A stretch of 64,000 nt of DNA from Pseudomonadota bacterium (GTDB lineage Bacteria > Desulfobacterota > Desulfobacteria > Desulfobacterales > RPRI01): NCBI GenBank assembly GCA_043825875.1, contig JBDRRF010000076.1, positions 170,120-234,119 of the forward strand, read 5' to 3'. Numbering within the stretch: the stretch's first letter is position 1; each line of letters opens with the position of its first letter. The notes beneath the pieces were generated by a model that saw nothing but the letters and a program-made list of their open reading frames with translations, had not been told where the DNA came from and made no database searches. The translations under genes and the position numbers were made by a program. Shown piece after piece: positions 47,017 through 57,221 of this stretch.

Positions 47017-47649
47017 CTACTTATTCAAAAACATCTTCTTATCATTAACCAAATAATCCACCAGCAAATTTACACTCTCTTCAATAGTGCTCACACTGGT
47101 ATCAATCACCAGATCAGGATTTTCAGGTTCTTCATAGGAAGAGCCTACACCGGTATAATTTTTTATAACTCCCGAACGGGCTTTTGCGTATAAACCTTTG
47201 GCATCTCTTGCTTCACATACATCAAGTGGACAACTGCAATAAACTTCTATAAAACTTTCTGGAGATATCAGCTGACGAAGCCACTTTCTGTTTGATTTAT
47301 ACGGCGAAATAAAAGCGGTTAACACAATTATTCCTGCTTCCAAAAAAAGCTTTACGGTTTCTCCTATACGTCTGATATTTTCGTGACGGTCTTTTTCCGA
47401 AAAGCCAAGATCACCGCATAATCCGTGTCTTACATTGTCACCATCAAAAACTATCGTTCTGCTCCCCATGTCATACAGTTTTTTTTCAAGGTTATGAGCA
47501 ATAGTGGATTTTCCTGAACCGGAAAGCCCGGTAAACCAGACGGCTATACTTTTATGCCCATTAAGGATAGTTCGATCCTCTCGACTTACTAAAGATCTAT
47601 GCCAGACAGTATTTTCACTTTTAGGAACTGAATTTGATTTTGTGTTCAT
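47017..47649 (-). CDS. cysC: Adenylyl-sulfate kinase
   Basis: WFTGLSGSGKSTIA, DGDNVRHGL, RDAKGLY, YEEPENP. Confidence 0.96.
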   Translation of the reverse strand: MNTKSNSVPKSENTVWHRSLVSREDRTILNGHKSIAVWFTGLSGSGKSTIAHNLEKKLYDMGSRTIVFDGDNVRHGLCGDLGFSEKDRHENIRRIGETVKLFLEAGIIVLTAFISPYKSNRKWLRQLISPESFIEVYCSCPLDVCEARDAKGLYAKARSGVIKNYTGVGSSYEEPENPDLVIDTSVSTIEESVNLLVDYLVNDKKMFLNK

Positions 47650-47690
47650 GAGAACCTTTATCTATTCTGGAACATCCCAATTAATATATT

Positions 47691-48629
47691 TTAGCCAAAT
47701 ACACCAAAAGAACAAATATTCAGATAATGCATACGTTTCATCTCCCGTCTTCCTCTTGTTACACTGTCTAAAATAATGCCTATAGTCAGATTAATAAAAG
47801 CTAAAAGCATTAATCCTGTACATAATATTGCGGTAGGAAAACGGGGGACAAGACCTGTCTCAAGATATGTTATTATAATAGGCCATGCTAAACCAAAAGA
47901 CATAGCTGTAAAAACAACAAAAAATATACCGAAAAAAAATAGCGGCCTTACTTCTTTTAGAAGTAATATTATAGCAGCTAAAATACGAATACCATCTCTG
48001 AATGTTTTCAATTTGCTTTCAGAGCCAGCAGGCCTTGCATTATATGGAGCCTCAATTTCCAACACTGGCATTCGTAATTCCAGAGCATGTATGGCTAATT
48101 CAGTCTCTATTTCAAAACCTCTGGATAATGCAGGAAATGATTTGACAAAACGACGTGAAAAAACTCTATAGCCGGTCAAAATATCTTTAAACCTATTGCC
48201 AAACAGCCGGGCTACCAAAGTTGTAAAAAGCCGGTTACCGAACTGGTGGCCAACACGAAAGGCATCATCTACTTCGGTTTTATTGCGTGAGCACGAAACC
48301 ATATCCAAATTGTTTCGCACAAGTTCATTGATCAAAATAGGTGCTTGTTCTGCATCGTACGTACCATCTCCATCTGCTAAAAGATATATGTCAGCATCTA
48401 TATCGGCAAACATCCGCCTGACCACATTACCCTTACCCTGTAACGGTTCTTTACGTACAATTGCCCCTGCTGATTCGGCAACCTGAAAAGTGAAATCGGT
48501 TGAGTTGTTATCATAAACGTAAATAGAAGCATCCGGCACAGCTTTTTTAAAAGACTTAACAACATCTGCAATAGTCGATTCTTCATTATAACAAGGTAAT
48601 AATACTGCAATAGTATGGGTTTTATTCAT
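47691..48629 (-). CDS. GT2 polyprenol-phosphate glycosyltransferase (GtrB/DPM-like)
   Basis: LPCYNEE, DGDGTY, FEIETE; two C-terminal TM helices. Confidence 0.88.
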   Translation of the reverse strand: MNKTHTIAVLLPCYNEESTIADVVKSFKKAVPDASIYVYDNNSTDFTFQVAESAGAIVRKEPLQGKGNVVRRMFADIDADIYLLADGDGTYDAEQAPILINELVRNNLDMVSCSRNKTEVDDAFRVGHQFGNRLFTTLVARLFGNRFKDILTGYRVFSRRFVKSFPALSRGFEIETELAIHALELRMPVLEIEAPYNARPAGSESKLKTFRDGIRILAAIILLLKEVRPLFFFGIFFVVFTAMSFGLAWPIIITYLETGLVPRFPTAILCTGLMLLAFINLTIGIILDSVTRGRREMKRMHYLNICSFGVFG

Positions 48630-48652
48630 ATACTTATTTTCTCCATATTATT

Positions 48653-49981
48653 TTATGCTGATAATGCTGTTGTTTTGAATTTTTCTTTAAGTAAGGCAAA
48701 GCATTGCGAACAGGCAAATATCGCTAAGCCATAAATAACAGGCCTTAACGGAATGCTGTAACGAGGATAAGGAGCACCAATAATATGTAAAGCAATAAAA
48801 TAAACTATCAATAATGATAGGAGTCGTACGGCAAAGATAGTTTTATCGGATAGATTTTTTGTATAGAATTTCATCCATACAAGAAGCATAGATATAAACG
48901 CAGATATGACCAAAAACCAGTGCATACTCTTCATAAAAAAATATGTAATAGTAAAAAGTATTTTGTCAAAATAAGGAGAATATTTTACCGGATAAACAAA
49001 TACATCCCCAGCACCTCCGACAATACTCCATGAAAACAATGTTAATGGCTTGTCAAGCAAATACCATTTAAAGTATTTGTAAGGTTCATTGCTGAAACGA
49101 CGGATGATTTCTGAAATTATTGTTTTATAGTCTTGAGAAATTTTTTGGCTGTCTGGATCAAACCGATATGGCATTCCCCGGCTGGATGGAATGTCTTTAT
49201 ATGTAAAATCCGGATATATACCATGGTATATTGTGTTTTTAGTTAGTGTTGAATCCGAGATTTTTCCTATAACAGAAAGGTTATATAGAATCCAGGGAGA
49301 AAAAAGAATCAAAAAGCCCAATATCAAGGGCAAGGTTAAACGCAATGAGGCTTTAAAATTAGTTTGGCAAATAAACAATCCAATAGGAAATACAATAAAA
49401 TACTGTAAGGTAGGCCTGGTTAATGTTGCACACGCAAAAACAATTCCGGTTATAAATGCAAGAACTATTTTATTTTTCGAATGTGTTTCAATTAAAAGCC
49501 AAATAGAAAGTGCCATAAGAAAAGTAAATAAAGTTTCACTCAGCATATAAGTATTCATAGAAATCAAGTGAGGTGAAATAGCCGTTAGCAAGGCTGCAAT
49601 AAAAGCAGGTATTTGAGAAACAAAATATCGAAAAATTCGATATGCCAAAAAAACAGTCAAAGTATCTAAAAAGGCCTGAACTATATTTATTATAAACAAC
49701 ATTGAATCAGAAGGAGGATACTTGACAAAAGGTATTAAGAAAACAGGGTACCCTGGTGATCTCATTGTATCCGGCTTTATATTATGACCTGCAAAGCTTT
49801 GGCGTGAGTATGTATGTTTATATTTTAAATTCAGGGCATAATTATAATATTCGGAAGCATCACTGCGAATGGGCTTGTCTATTACCGTATGAATAACAGC
49901 ATACATCCGCAAACCAAATGATAAAACAATAATTACTGTCAAGCCGATAAATCTCAGATAGTTTGGCTGATTTGAAACCAT
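48653..49981 (-). CDS. ArnT/GT-C-type membrane glycosyltransferase
   Basis: DASEY, RSPGYP, SETLF, TRP, PRY; multiple TM helices. Confidence 0.8.
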   Translation of the reverse strand: MVSNQPNYLRFIGLTVIIVLSFGLRMYAVIHTVIDKPIRSDASEYYNYALNLKYKHTYSRQSFAGHNIKPDTMRSPGYPVFLIPFVKYPPSDSMLFIINIVQAFLDTLTVFLAYRIFRYFVSQIPAFIAALLTAISPHLISMNTYMLSETLFTFLMALSIWLLIETHSKNKIVLAFITGIVFACATLTRPTLQYFIVFPIGLFICQTNFKASLRLTLPLILGFLILFSPWILYNLSVIGKISDSTLTKNTIYHGIYPDFTYKDIPSSRGMPYRFDPDSQKISQDYKTIISEIIRRFSNEPYKYFKWYLLDKPLTLFSWSIVGGAGDVFVYPVKYSPYFDKILFTITYFFMKSMHWFLVISAFISMLLVWMKFYTKNLSDKTIFAVRLLSLLIVYFIALHIIGAPYPRYSIPLRPVIYGLAIFACSQCFALLKEKFKTTALSA

Positions 49982-50110
49982 ATGTTTTATTCTGTTACCT
50001 AAAAAAGATTTTTACTTGGACAACATTTTAAAAATATAGTATTAAACAAAAAAATTAATCTCGAATTTTACTACTTGGAAAATAAACTCATACAATCTTC
50101 TTAAAAGGGC

Positions 50111-52225
50111 TTGGATAAACACTTATACTCTGTGAATATGCGAAAAAATAATATCTGGCTGTTAATTATAGCCTCCGCATTTATTATATTGTTTTCATTT
50201 TATTCAAACGTCAGCCGTTCATACCCTTATTATTTTATATGGGATATGGATCACGTCACATCACTTGATGTTATACTAATTCAAAGCAGTTTGCTACCGG
50301 ATCATATATGCCACCCCGGCTTTGGAATGTATTTCCCGCTTGTTTTCAGCACAAAAATAGCATCTTTTTTTAATATTATATCTATTATAAATTTAGAAGA
50401 ACTGGCTGCTTCAATAAATCCAATAGGAGGGTATGCGGAACTTACTGATTATATCAGAGCTCATTCGCCATTTATTGCTGTCGGTATTGTAATCATACTC
50501 ACAAGCACGTTATGCTTTCTTCTTAACCTTCCGGGATGGTTTGCCTTACTTATTGCTTTATCCATAGGTACCCAAGAATCATTAGTTTATCATTCCAGTA
50601 TGATACGCACTGATTTCTACAGTGTTTTCTGGTGGGCTGCTTCACTGCCTATGCTTACAGCTCAAACGCACACAATGAAAGCAAAAAGCATCTTTTTATT
50701 CATTGGTGGTATTTTGCTCGGACTTTCGTTTCTTGCAAAGGTACAATCTCTTTTTTTAATTCCTTTAGCCATAATAATTTGCATTTTTGGATATTCATTT
50801 TCTCAATATAAAAATAAATTCTCAGTAGAAATATCCAGACACACTGCGATTATAATAACCTCAATAAGCCTTGCTGGATTTTTAATTTTTATATTTTTTA
50901 TATCCGCAGCTAATTTAGTTATCATACCACCAGGTGTGCCAACGTGGGCAAAAGTTTTTGGCATAACACCTATTGTTTTTCTTTTCGGCACAGTTCTTTT
51001 TTTGCTGTTTGTTTACCAATTGTTCTTTACTGTCACAGGCAAATTCATATCAAAATATTTTCTATTATCATCATTTATCACTATTATTGCCGCCGGTTTT
51101 CTTGCTTCATTTTTTCTTCATTTTGCAATCTACCCAGAATTAGGTATTTCCTTCAAGTACCTGCTGTTAGATTTCAAAATGATGTTTCTAAGAGATTCCA
51201 AGCTGATGGAGCTTAAACATATCTCTATATATTTCAATGATTTCATATCTTATATTTTATACAATCCAGTGCCTTTTGTTGTAAATTTTATTCTCCTTGC
51301 CACACTTGCCATCAGTTACCGCTTCAAACTTATTAATCTATCATCCAATCAACTTCTGTTGTGCTTTCTGGCTACCGCTATTGTATTCACTAATATGTTC
51401 GTTGCAACCAGGTTTATTATAAGAGATATTTTATGGAAGGAAATACCTCTTAACTTCTTAAACCTTCTGTTCTTAGCTATTATACTTACACGTGCAATGC
51501 GATATGAAAAAGCGGTTAAATGGATTGGAAGCGGATTGATCATTTTGTTTCTTATTACAAATTGCATACATTCTGCAAAAATGCCGAGCCGCATCGCTGC
51601 AAACTATAATCATTACGGCTGGGATAAAACTCAATTTTTTAATGGCACTTATGGCGGCAACCATCGTCTTTATACTAAACTTATAAGAAATAGATATACT
51701 CCTAATACCGCCATGTTCGCAGCAACTAAGGCGGTCAACCATAACTTGATTAAAAATACATTAAAATTCGTATTCCAGAATCAAATAATTACCCACCAAA
51801 ATATTGGAATCGTACTTGAAGGTATGAGTGTATATACAACCAATTTAAACTACAAAATAATACAAGCACCTGCACCGTTACGCGGTGCAATAATTTTTGA
51901 CAGTGCAAATGCCAAAATTGTTAAAAACCACTTTCTGAAACAAAAATATGTTCTTAGACATTCGGAATATCTTGATAAATTAACATCAGGATCAGACAAA
52001 AGCATTTCAGTTCTTCCACGGACTGATTTGAATATTTTCTTATTTGTCAAACCAAAGTCCATTCCTTCACTGCTAAGTAAATATATAACTGAATCGTCCT
52101 ATTCAATAACGCTTCAAAAAAATGGACAATCTTTTAATTATAAAGGCCTTGAAATAATAAATTACTGCGAGATAGCGTTGGAAAATTTGGGAAAAAACTA
52201 TTTCTTTGTAATTCAAAAAACATAA
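50111..52225 (+). CDS. Polytopic membrane protein (possible GT-C fold)
   Basis: 704 aa with many TM segments; WDMD, HPG, RTD motifs. Confidence 0.6.
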   Translation: MDKHLYSVNMRKNNIWLLIIASAFIILFSFYSNVSRSYPYYFIWDMDHVTSLDVILIQSSLLPDHICHPGFGMYFPLVFSTKIASFFNIISIINLEELAASINPIGGYAELTDYIRAHSPFIAVGIVIILTSTLCFLLNLPGWFALLIALSIGTQESLVYHSSMIRTDFYSVFWWAASLPMLTAQTHTMKAKSIFLFIGGILLGLSFLAKVQSLFLIPLAIIICIFGYSFSQYKNKFSVEISRHTAIIITSISLAGFLIFIFFISAANLVIIPPGVPTWAKVFGITPIVFLFGTVLFLLFVYQLFFTVTGKFISKYFLLSSFITIIAAGFLASFFLHFAIYPELGISFKYLLLDFKMMFLRDSKLMELKHISIYFNDFISYILYNPVPFVVNFILLATLAISYRFKLINLSSNQLLLCFLATAIVFTNMFVATRFIIRDILWKEIPLNFLNLLFLAIILTRAMRYEKAVKWIGSGLIILFLITNCIHSAKMPSRIAANYNHYGWDKTQFFNGTYGGNHRLYTKLIRNRYTPNTAMFAATKAVNHNLIKNTLKFVFQNQIITHQNIGIVLEGMSVYTTNLNYKIIQAPAPLRGAIIFDSANAKIVKNHFLKQKYVLRHSEYLDKLTSGSDKSISVLPRTDLNIFLFVKPKSIPSLLSKYITESSYSITLQKNGQSFNYKGLEIINYCEIALENLGKNYFFVIQKT

Positions 52226-52336
52226 AGATACCATCAAACAGATCATATAATTGTTATACAGCTCCGCCCCTTAAATTACAGATGGCAAATAATTTATTTA
52301 TTATAATACAATTAGTTAACAGTATTAACTAAAAAA

Positions 52337-52885
52337 TTATTTCTTCTTATTTTCCCATATCAAAATACTTGGGCGGTTCTTTAATTTCGGGAAAAAATCA
52401 TTAAACTCTTCTTTACTTACAACCATTGATCTGATTTTTCTTTTTATATAACGTTCAGTTTTTCTGCTCAAATCATTTAGGTGAAACTGATCGATATTGC
52501 CTACAAGCAGCAGATCTATAATTCCGCTGTCTTTACCTTCTGCATAATCATCAATAAGGTATGCACGTTCAAGTTCTCCAAGCCTTTCCACTATACCGTC
52601 TATAACCTGGTCAATTCCCATTACCTTGCCAACCATTGATTTAAGTTCAGGAAATATCGGATGTTTAATATTTGCCATATAATGAATCTTACGGCCTATT
52701 TTCTCTGATTTCAGAAGGTTGGTATTGGTAAGTTGATTTAATTCTTCACGTATTGAATTGCTTGAAACATCAAATTCTCTGGCAAGTTCTCTAAGATATG
52801 ATTTGGCTTCAGGATTAAAGAAAAATCTTGTCAAAAGTTTGATTCTTGTTTTGGATGATATTAATCCTGAAAACAAATTTTCCAC
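52337..52885 (-). CDS. Winged-helix / nucleotidyltransferase-like fusion regulator
   Basis: SKTRIKLL..YLRELAR..IREEL; DIDLL-like IIDLLLVG. Confidence 0.75.
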   Translation of the reverse strand: MENLFSGLISSKTRIKLLTRFFFNPEAKSYLRELAREFDVSSNSIREELNQLTNTNLLKSEKIGRKIHYMANIKHPIFPELKSMVGKVMGIDQVIDGIVERLGELERAYLIDDYAEGKDSGIIDLLLVGNIDQFHLNDLSRKTERYIKRKIRSMVVSKEEFNDFFPKLKNRPSILIWENKKK

Positions 52886-52969
52886 AAAAAACTCCTTTAT
52901 GAGTAGTTATCTTACTCATAAAGGAGTTGGAGACGCTTGTCAAGTATTTTGTAATTTTTATATTGCATT

Positions 52970-53317
52970 TTAAGCTTTATATAATAGTTGGTCATTTTTA
53001 TATTTCTTAATAGTATAGAATTCAAATATTTCCCTTCTTTCGTTCTCATCAAGTATTCCTGTAAACGGGCTTGAAGAACGAAGCCTGACTGATTCTTCGT
53101 TATCACCCTCAAGAATGGATAATATTTCTTCTTTGGTTTTTATTTTAAAAATGTTTTCCCATTCATTGATAGCGGTAGACTCCTCACCTCTATTTTTTTT
53201 CCATTTAGTTAAATTACGTTTCGGTATATCCCACAATTCATTATATATTCTAAGTTTTTTTGCAATCTCTCTGTGAAGCGATGCTGATCTTTTATCGGCA
53301 CGTTGCTGCATATTCAT
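52970..53317 (-). CDS. Hypothetical protein, probable partner of upstream nucleotidyltransferase
   Basis: RSASLHREIA..EW..RLRSSSPF; overlaps upstream stop. Confidence 0.6.
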   Translation of the reverse strand: MNMQQRADKRSASLHREIAKKLRIYNELWDIPKRNLTKWKKNRGEESTAINEWENIFKIKTKEEILSILEGDNEESVRLRSSSPFTGILDENERREIFEFYTIKKYKNDQLLYKA

Positions 53318-53868
53318 TTCATAAAACCTCTTTCTACTTCTCTCTCAATGACATTTCTTCTTTCTTCCGACATCAATGTTTTATGTAGCCTATTCAGCAG
53401 TGTCTTCTTTGATAATAACCCAAGCTTTACGGCCGCATAAAAAAATTCAGCATCTTTTTCCCGTCCCGCATAAAGTTTAGATATTATCAGGTCATGAATT
53501 TCAAGACATAGCCCAGATATATTATTTGTATTCTCATTGCGTATTCTTACGAGTCGTTCTTCCCAACCTTCAGGGAGATTTGATGTCGTATGATCAACAC
53601 CTTGTGCATAATAACCGAAAGTATCATGAAATGATGAAAGTTCTCCCATTATTGTTTCAACAAGTTCTACCTTCTCTCCTGATTCGGGAATCATAATATC
53701 CGCTTCCATTGATCTAATCATTATTTTACAACTCTCCGAATCATCTGTTTTGTGGCTTAGTTCAGGATATTGTCCTAAAACAGACTGACTGCCCAGTATG
53801 ATAACCTTCTGTACTTTGGCTATCTCTCCTGATGCTCTGATTATATGCTCCAACTCTTTCCTGTTCAA
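53314..53868 (-). CDS. DUF6036-like nucleotidyltransferase
   Basis: ILGSQS, RSMEAD, FHDTFGYY, LPEGWEERL, SKLYAGREKD. Confidence 0.75.
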   Translation of the reverse strand: MNRKELEHIIRASGEIAKVQKVIILGSQSVLGQYPELSHKTDDSESCKIMIRSMEADIMIPESGEKVELVETIMGELSSFHDTFGYYAQGVDHTTSNLPEGWEERLVRIRNENTNNISGLCLEIHDLIISKLYAGREKDAEFFYAAVKLGLLSKKTLLNRLHKTLMSEERRNVIEREVERGFMK

Positions 53869-53950
53869 CGTAATCTGCTCTTCTATTTTTTGGGTAGGCT
53901 AACAATTATAATGTGTTTATTTTGAACAAAAAATGTTTGACAAACAATCT

Positions 53951-54394
53951 TTATTTTTTAATCAGGCCGGATATCGCCTCAAGGGCCATATAATACCCCA
54001 AGTGACCGAAACCAAACATGCCTGCTGTTGCAATATCCGATACCATGGATTTATGGCGAAAAGGTTCTCTTTTGAAAATATTTGAAAGATGTACTTCTAT
54101 TATTGGAACTTTAAGCAGTAGAAGAGAATCTCTTATTGCAATACTTGTATGGGTAAATGCCGCAGGATTAATTATAACTCCATGGTATATTCGCGAAGCT
54201 TCCTGAATTTTATCAACGATCAATCCTTCATGATTCGATTGAAAAGTATCCACCCCAAGGCCAAGCTTTTTTCCTAGCTTGACAAGTTCTTTATTAATAT
54301 CAGTAAGAGTTGTAGTTCCATATTTATCCGGCTCTCTTTCCCCAAGCATATTAAGATTTGGACCATGAATAACTATAATCTTCTGCAATTTCAT
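53951..54394 (-). CDS. aroQ: Type II 3-dehydroquinate dehydratase
   Basis: HGPNLNMLG.REP..YG, QSNHEG, EVHLSN. Confidence 0.96.
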   Translation of the reverse strand: MKLQKIIVIHGPNLNMLGEREPDKYGTTTLTDINKELVKLGKKLGLGVDTFQSNHEGLIVDKIQEASRIYHGVIINPAAFTHTSIAIRDSLLLLKVPIIEVHLSNIFKREPFRHKSMVSDIATAGMFGFGHLGYYMALEAISGLIKK

Positions 54395-54412
54395 CCCCCT
54401 TTTTTCCATCTG

Positions 54413-54784
54413 TTAACTTAATATGTTTCGTATATCAATTAACTCCTTACGAAGTTCTTTTACTACATCGGTTATTGCATCTGATGTTTTTAGAGAAGAT
54501 TTATTTTCACTTTTATCTGAACCAAGATGATTTATTGCCCCCTGGATAGTAAACTTTTTATCGTAAAGGAGGTGTTTTATTTTTAGAATAAGCTCAACAT
54601 CGCTTCTTTTGTAATGACGCTGCCCGGCAGGAGTTCGTTTAGGATTGATTTTTGAAAATTCAGTTTCCCAGAACCTGATAACAGAAGAAGGCAGACCGGT
54701 TATTTTGCCGACCTCCCCTATTTTAAAATATAGCTTATCAGGTATCTTTATTTCAGGATATGAATTGTCTTGCATCTTGATCAC
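54413..54784 (-). CDS. MerR-family transcriptional regulator
   Basis: IPDKLYFKIGEV..VIRFWETEF..FTIQGA. Confidence 0.9.
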   Translation of the reverse strand: MIKMQDNSYPEIKIPDKLYFKIGEVGKITGLPSSVIRFWETEFSKINPKRTPAGQRHYKRSDVELILKIKHLLYDKKFTIQGAINHLGSDKSENKSSLKTSDAITDVVKELRKELIDIRNILS

Positions 54785-54805
54785 TCAGGCTTGAATACTT
54801 GTTTA

Positions 54806-57220
54806 TCAGGCCGGCAATGATGCACCAAATTTCTTGATTAGCCTGTCTGTAATATTTTTATGTATATTGTTAACCTCATCATCTTCAAGAGTTTTTTCCG
54901 AAGATCTGTAGGTTATTCTTATTGAAACACTTTTTTTTGCAGGCGGAATTGGAGCCCCTTCGAAGATATCAAACAGCAAAGTCTTTTCTATAAGTGTTTC
55001 ACCGAAACTGTTAATATTTTCTAGGATAGACATAGCTTCGATATCTTGATCTATTATAATAGTAATATCTCTTGTTGCCAAAGGAAATCTTGGCTGTTGT
55101 TTAGATTTTATTGCAAGGTTTGAAAGCTTAAGAAGGCTGTGGCCATTTAATTCAAAAATAAAAGCTGTCTGTTTTAAATCGAAGTTAGCAAGAACTTCAG
55201 GGTGTATTTCTCCAACATGCCCTATTGATTCTTTACCTGCCATAATGCCAGCGGTATATCCATACCTTGTATAATTACATAATTCAAATGGCAGTTTTTT
55301 AAATTTAATATCGTTTATTTGTAAAGAGGCCAGAAGGGCTTCAACAACACCTTTTATATCATAAAAATCACAATTTGTCTCTTTGGCATACCAGGCTAAA
55401 TTATAACGGTCGCCGGTCCACAGGCCCGTAATCATTTCTGTTTCTTCGGGAAGGCTGTCTTTGCCTTTGCTTAAAAATATTTTCCCGATTTCATAAATCT
55501 TAAGGTTTTTTACCTGATAAGACAAATTGCGCCGCATGGTTTCAAGAAGGCCTGGGACAAGAGACGGCCTCATAACATTCTGTTCTTCGGAAAGAGGATT
55601 TAGCACATGAACCATTTTTCTTTTTGGATCATCGAAAGAAAGTTTAAGACGATCACATGCTGATTCATTTATGAAACTATAATTAATAGCCTCTGTGAAC
55701 GAAAGTCCTGTCATTATATTTCTGATATTTTCTCTTAAAACCCGGTTTTTTAAGGGATGTACAGCTTCTGCCTGCATAAGAGGCTGTGTAGTGGGAATGT
55801 TATTATATCCATATAAACGCGCCGCTTCCTCCATAAGGTCAACAGACCTTGAAATATCAACCCTGAAAGAAGGCGGAGTTACTTTGATTGTATCTGAATC
55901 ATTGTTTTCCACTTTAAATTCGATAGATTCAAGCAAAGATTTTATTTTGTCTTTATCCAGTTCTATGCCAAGCAAATTATTGGTCTTACTTACACTAAGC
56001 TCAATCACATCGCTTTTTTGTTTTAAAGGATATTCGTCAATAATTGATTCAGTAATTTTACCTTTGCCGATCTCTGCAATGAGTTCGGCAGCTCTTGAAA
56101 GTGCTCTTAATGTTCCATCAGGATCTACACCCCGTTCGAACCGATATGAGGATTCAGTACTAAGACCAAGTTTTTTTGAAGTTTTACGGATGCTTAAGGG
56201 ATTAAAATATGCGCTTTCTATTAAAACCTGTTTTGTTGTACCAGCGATTTCGGAATTTTCTCCTCCCATTACACCTGCTATTGCGACAGGTTTTTTGCCG
56301 TCACAAATAAGAAGCATTTCTTCATCCATAACCCGGTTTTTCCCATCAAGGGTTACAAAAACTTCGCCTTTTTTTGCCGTACGAACTACAATTTTGTTTT
56401 CTGCCAACTGGTCAAAGTCAAATGTATGAAGAGGTTGCCCGCATTCCAGCATCACAAAATTACTTATATCTACGATATTGTTTATTGGTCTTTGCCCTAC
56501 TGATAAAAGACGTTTCCTGAGCCAGAAAGGAGACGGAGCAACTGTTATATCTCTTACAAGTCCTGCGGCATATCTTGGGCAATGATCGGGTGCTTCTATC
56601 TCTACTGAAATCAAATTGCTTTGCTTCTTATCATTACAAATTTGATTTACAAAAGGATATTTTATTTTCGTTTTTTGTATCGCAGCTACTTCTCTTGCTA
56701 TTCCTATAACACTTGTGCAATCGGAGCGGTTTGGCGTTAAGCCTATTTCAAGAGTATAATCCGATAAACCAAGAGCAGCGGAAAGACTGCTGCCTGCCCG
56801 GCAGTTATCAGAAAGAACCAATACACCGCTTTTATCATCACCAAGTTCAAGTTCTTTTTCGCTGCAAAGCATTCCTTCGGATCTTTGCCCGCGTACTTCA
56901 CATGCTTGGATCAACGTCCCATCAGGAAGAAGCGTTCCGTGCATGGCAAACGGGACAAGCATATTTTCTTTTATATTCGGCGCACCGCAAACAACCTGTA
57001 AAAGCGCATCTCCTACAGCAACACGACATATTCTTAATTTATCTGCATTGGGATGAGGATTAATTTCTATAATACGACCAACAACTACCTTTTCAAGATA
57101 GTCAAATGTATTAGTAACAGATTCGACCTCAAGTCCTGTCATTGTAAGCGCAGATGCCAGATCGTTAATATCTGTTTCTATAGTAACATAATCTTTAAGC
57201 CAGCTTAAACTAACTTTCAT
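54806..57220 (-). CDS. pheT: Phenylalanyl-tRNA synthetase beta subunit
   Basis: HPNADKL, VCGAPN, TPNR, RFERGVD. Confidence 0.98.
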   Translation of the reverse strand: MKVSLSWLKDYVTIETDINDLASALTMTGLEVESVTNTFDYLEKVVVGRIIEINPHPNADKLRICRVAVGDALLQVVCGAPNIKENMLVPFAMHGTLLPDGTLIQACEVRGQRSEGMLCSEKELELGDDKSGVLVLSDNCRAGSSLSAALGLSDYTLEIGLTPNRSDCTSVIGIAREVAAIQKTKIKYPFVNQICNDKKQSNLISVEIEAPDHCPRYAAGLVRDITVAPSPFWLRKRLLSVGQRPINNIVDISNFVMLECGQPLHTFDFDQLAENKIVVRTAKKGEVFVTLDGKNRVMDEEMLLICDGKKPVAIAGVMGGENSEIAGTTKQVLIESAYFNPLSIRKTSKKLGLSTESSYRFERGVDPDGTLRALSRAAELIAEIGKGKITESIIDEYPLKQKSDVIELSVSKTNNLLGIELDKDKIKSLLESIEFKVENNDSDTIKVTPPSFRVDISRSVDLMEEAARLYGYNNIPTTQPLMQAEAVHPLKNRVLRENIRNIMTGLSFTEAINYSFINESACDRLKLSFDDPKRKMVHVLNPLSEEQNVMRPSLVPGLLETMRRNLSYQVKNLKIYEIGKIFLSKGKDSLPEETEMITGLWTGDRYNLAWYAKETNCDFYDIKGVVEALLASLQINDIKFKKLPFELCNYTRYGYTAGIMAGKESIGHVGEIHPEVLANFDLKQTAFIFELNGHSLLKLSNLAIKSKQQPRFPLATRDITIIIDQDIEAMSILENINSFGETLIEKTLLFDIFEGAPIPPAKKSVSIRITYRSSEKTLEDDEVNNIHKNITDRLIKKFGASLPA

Positions 57221-57221
57221 A

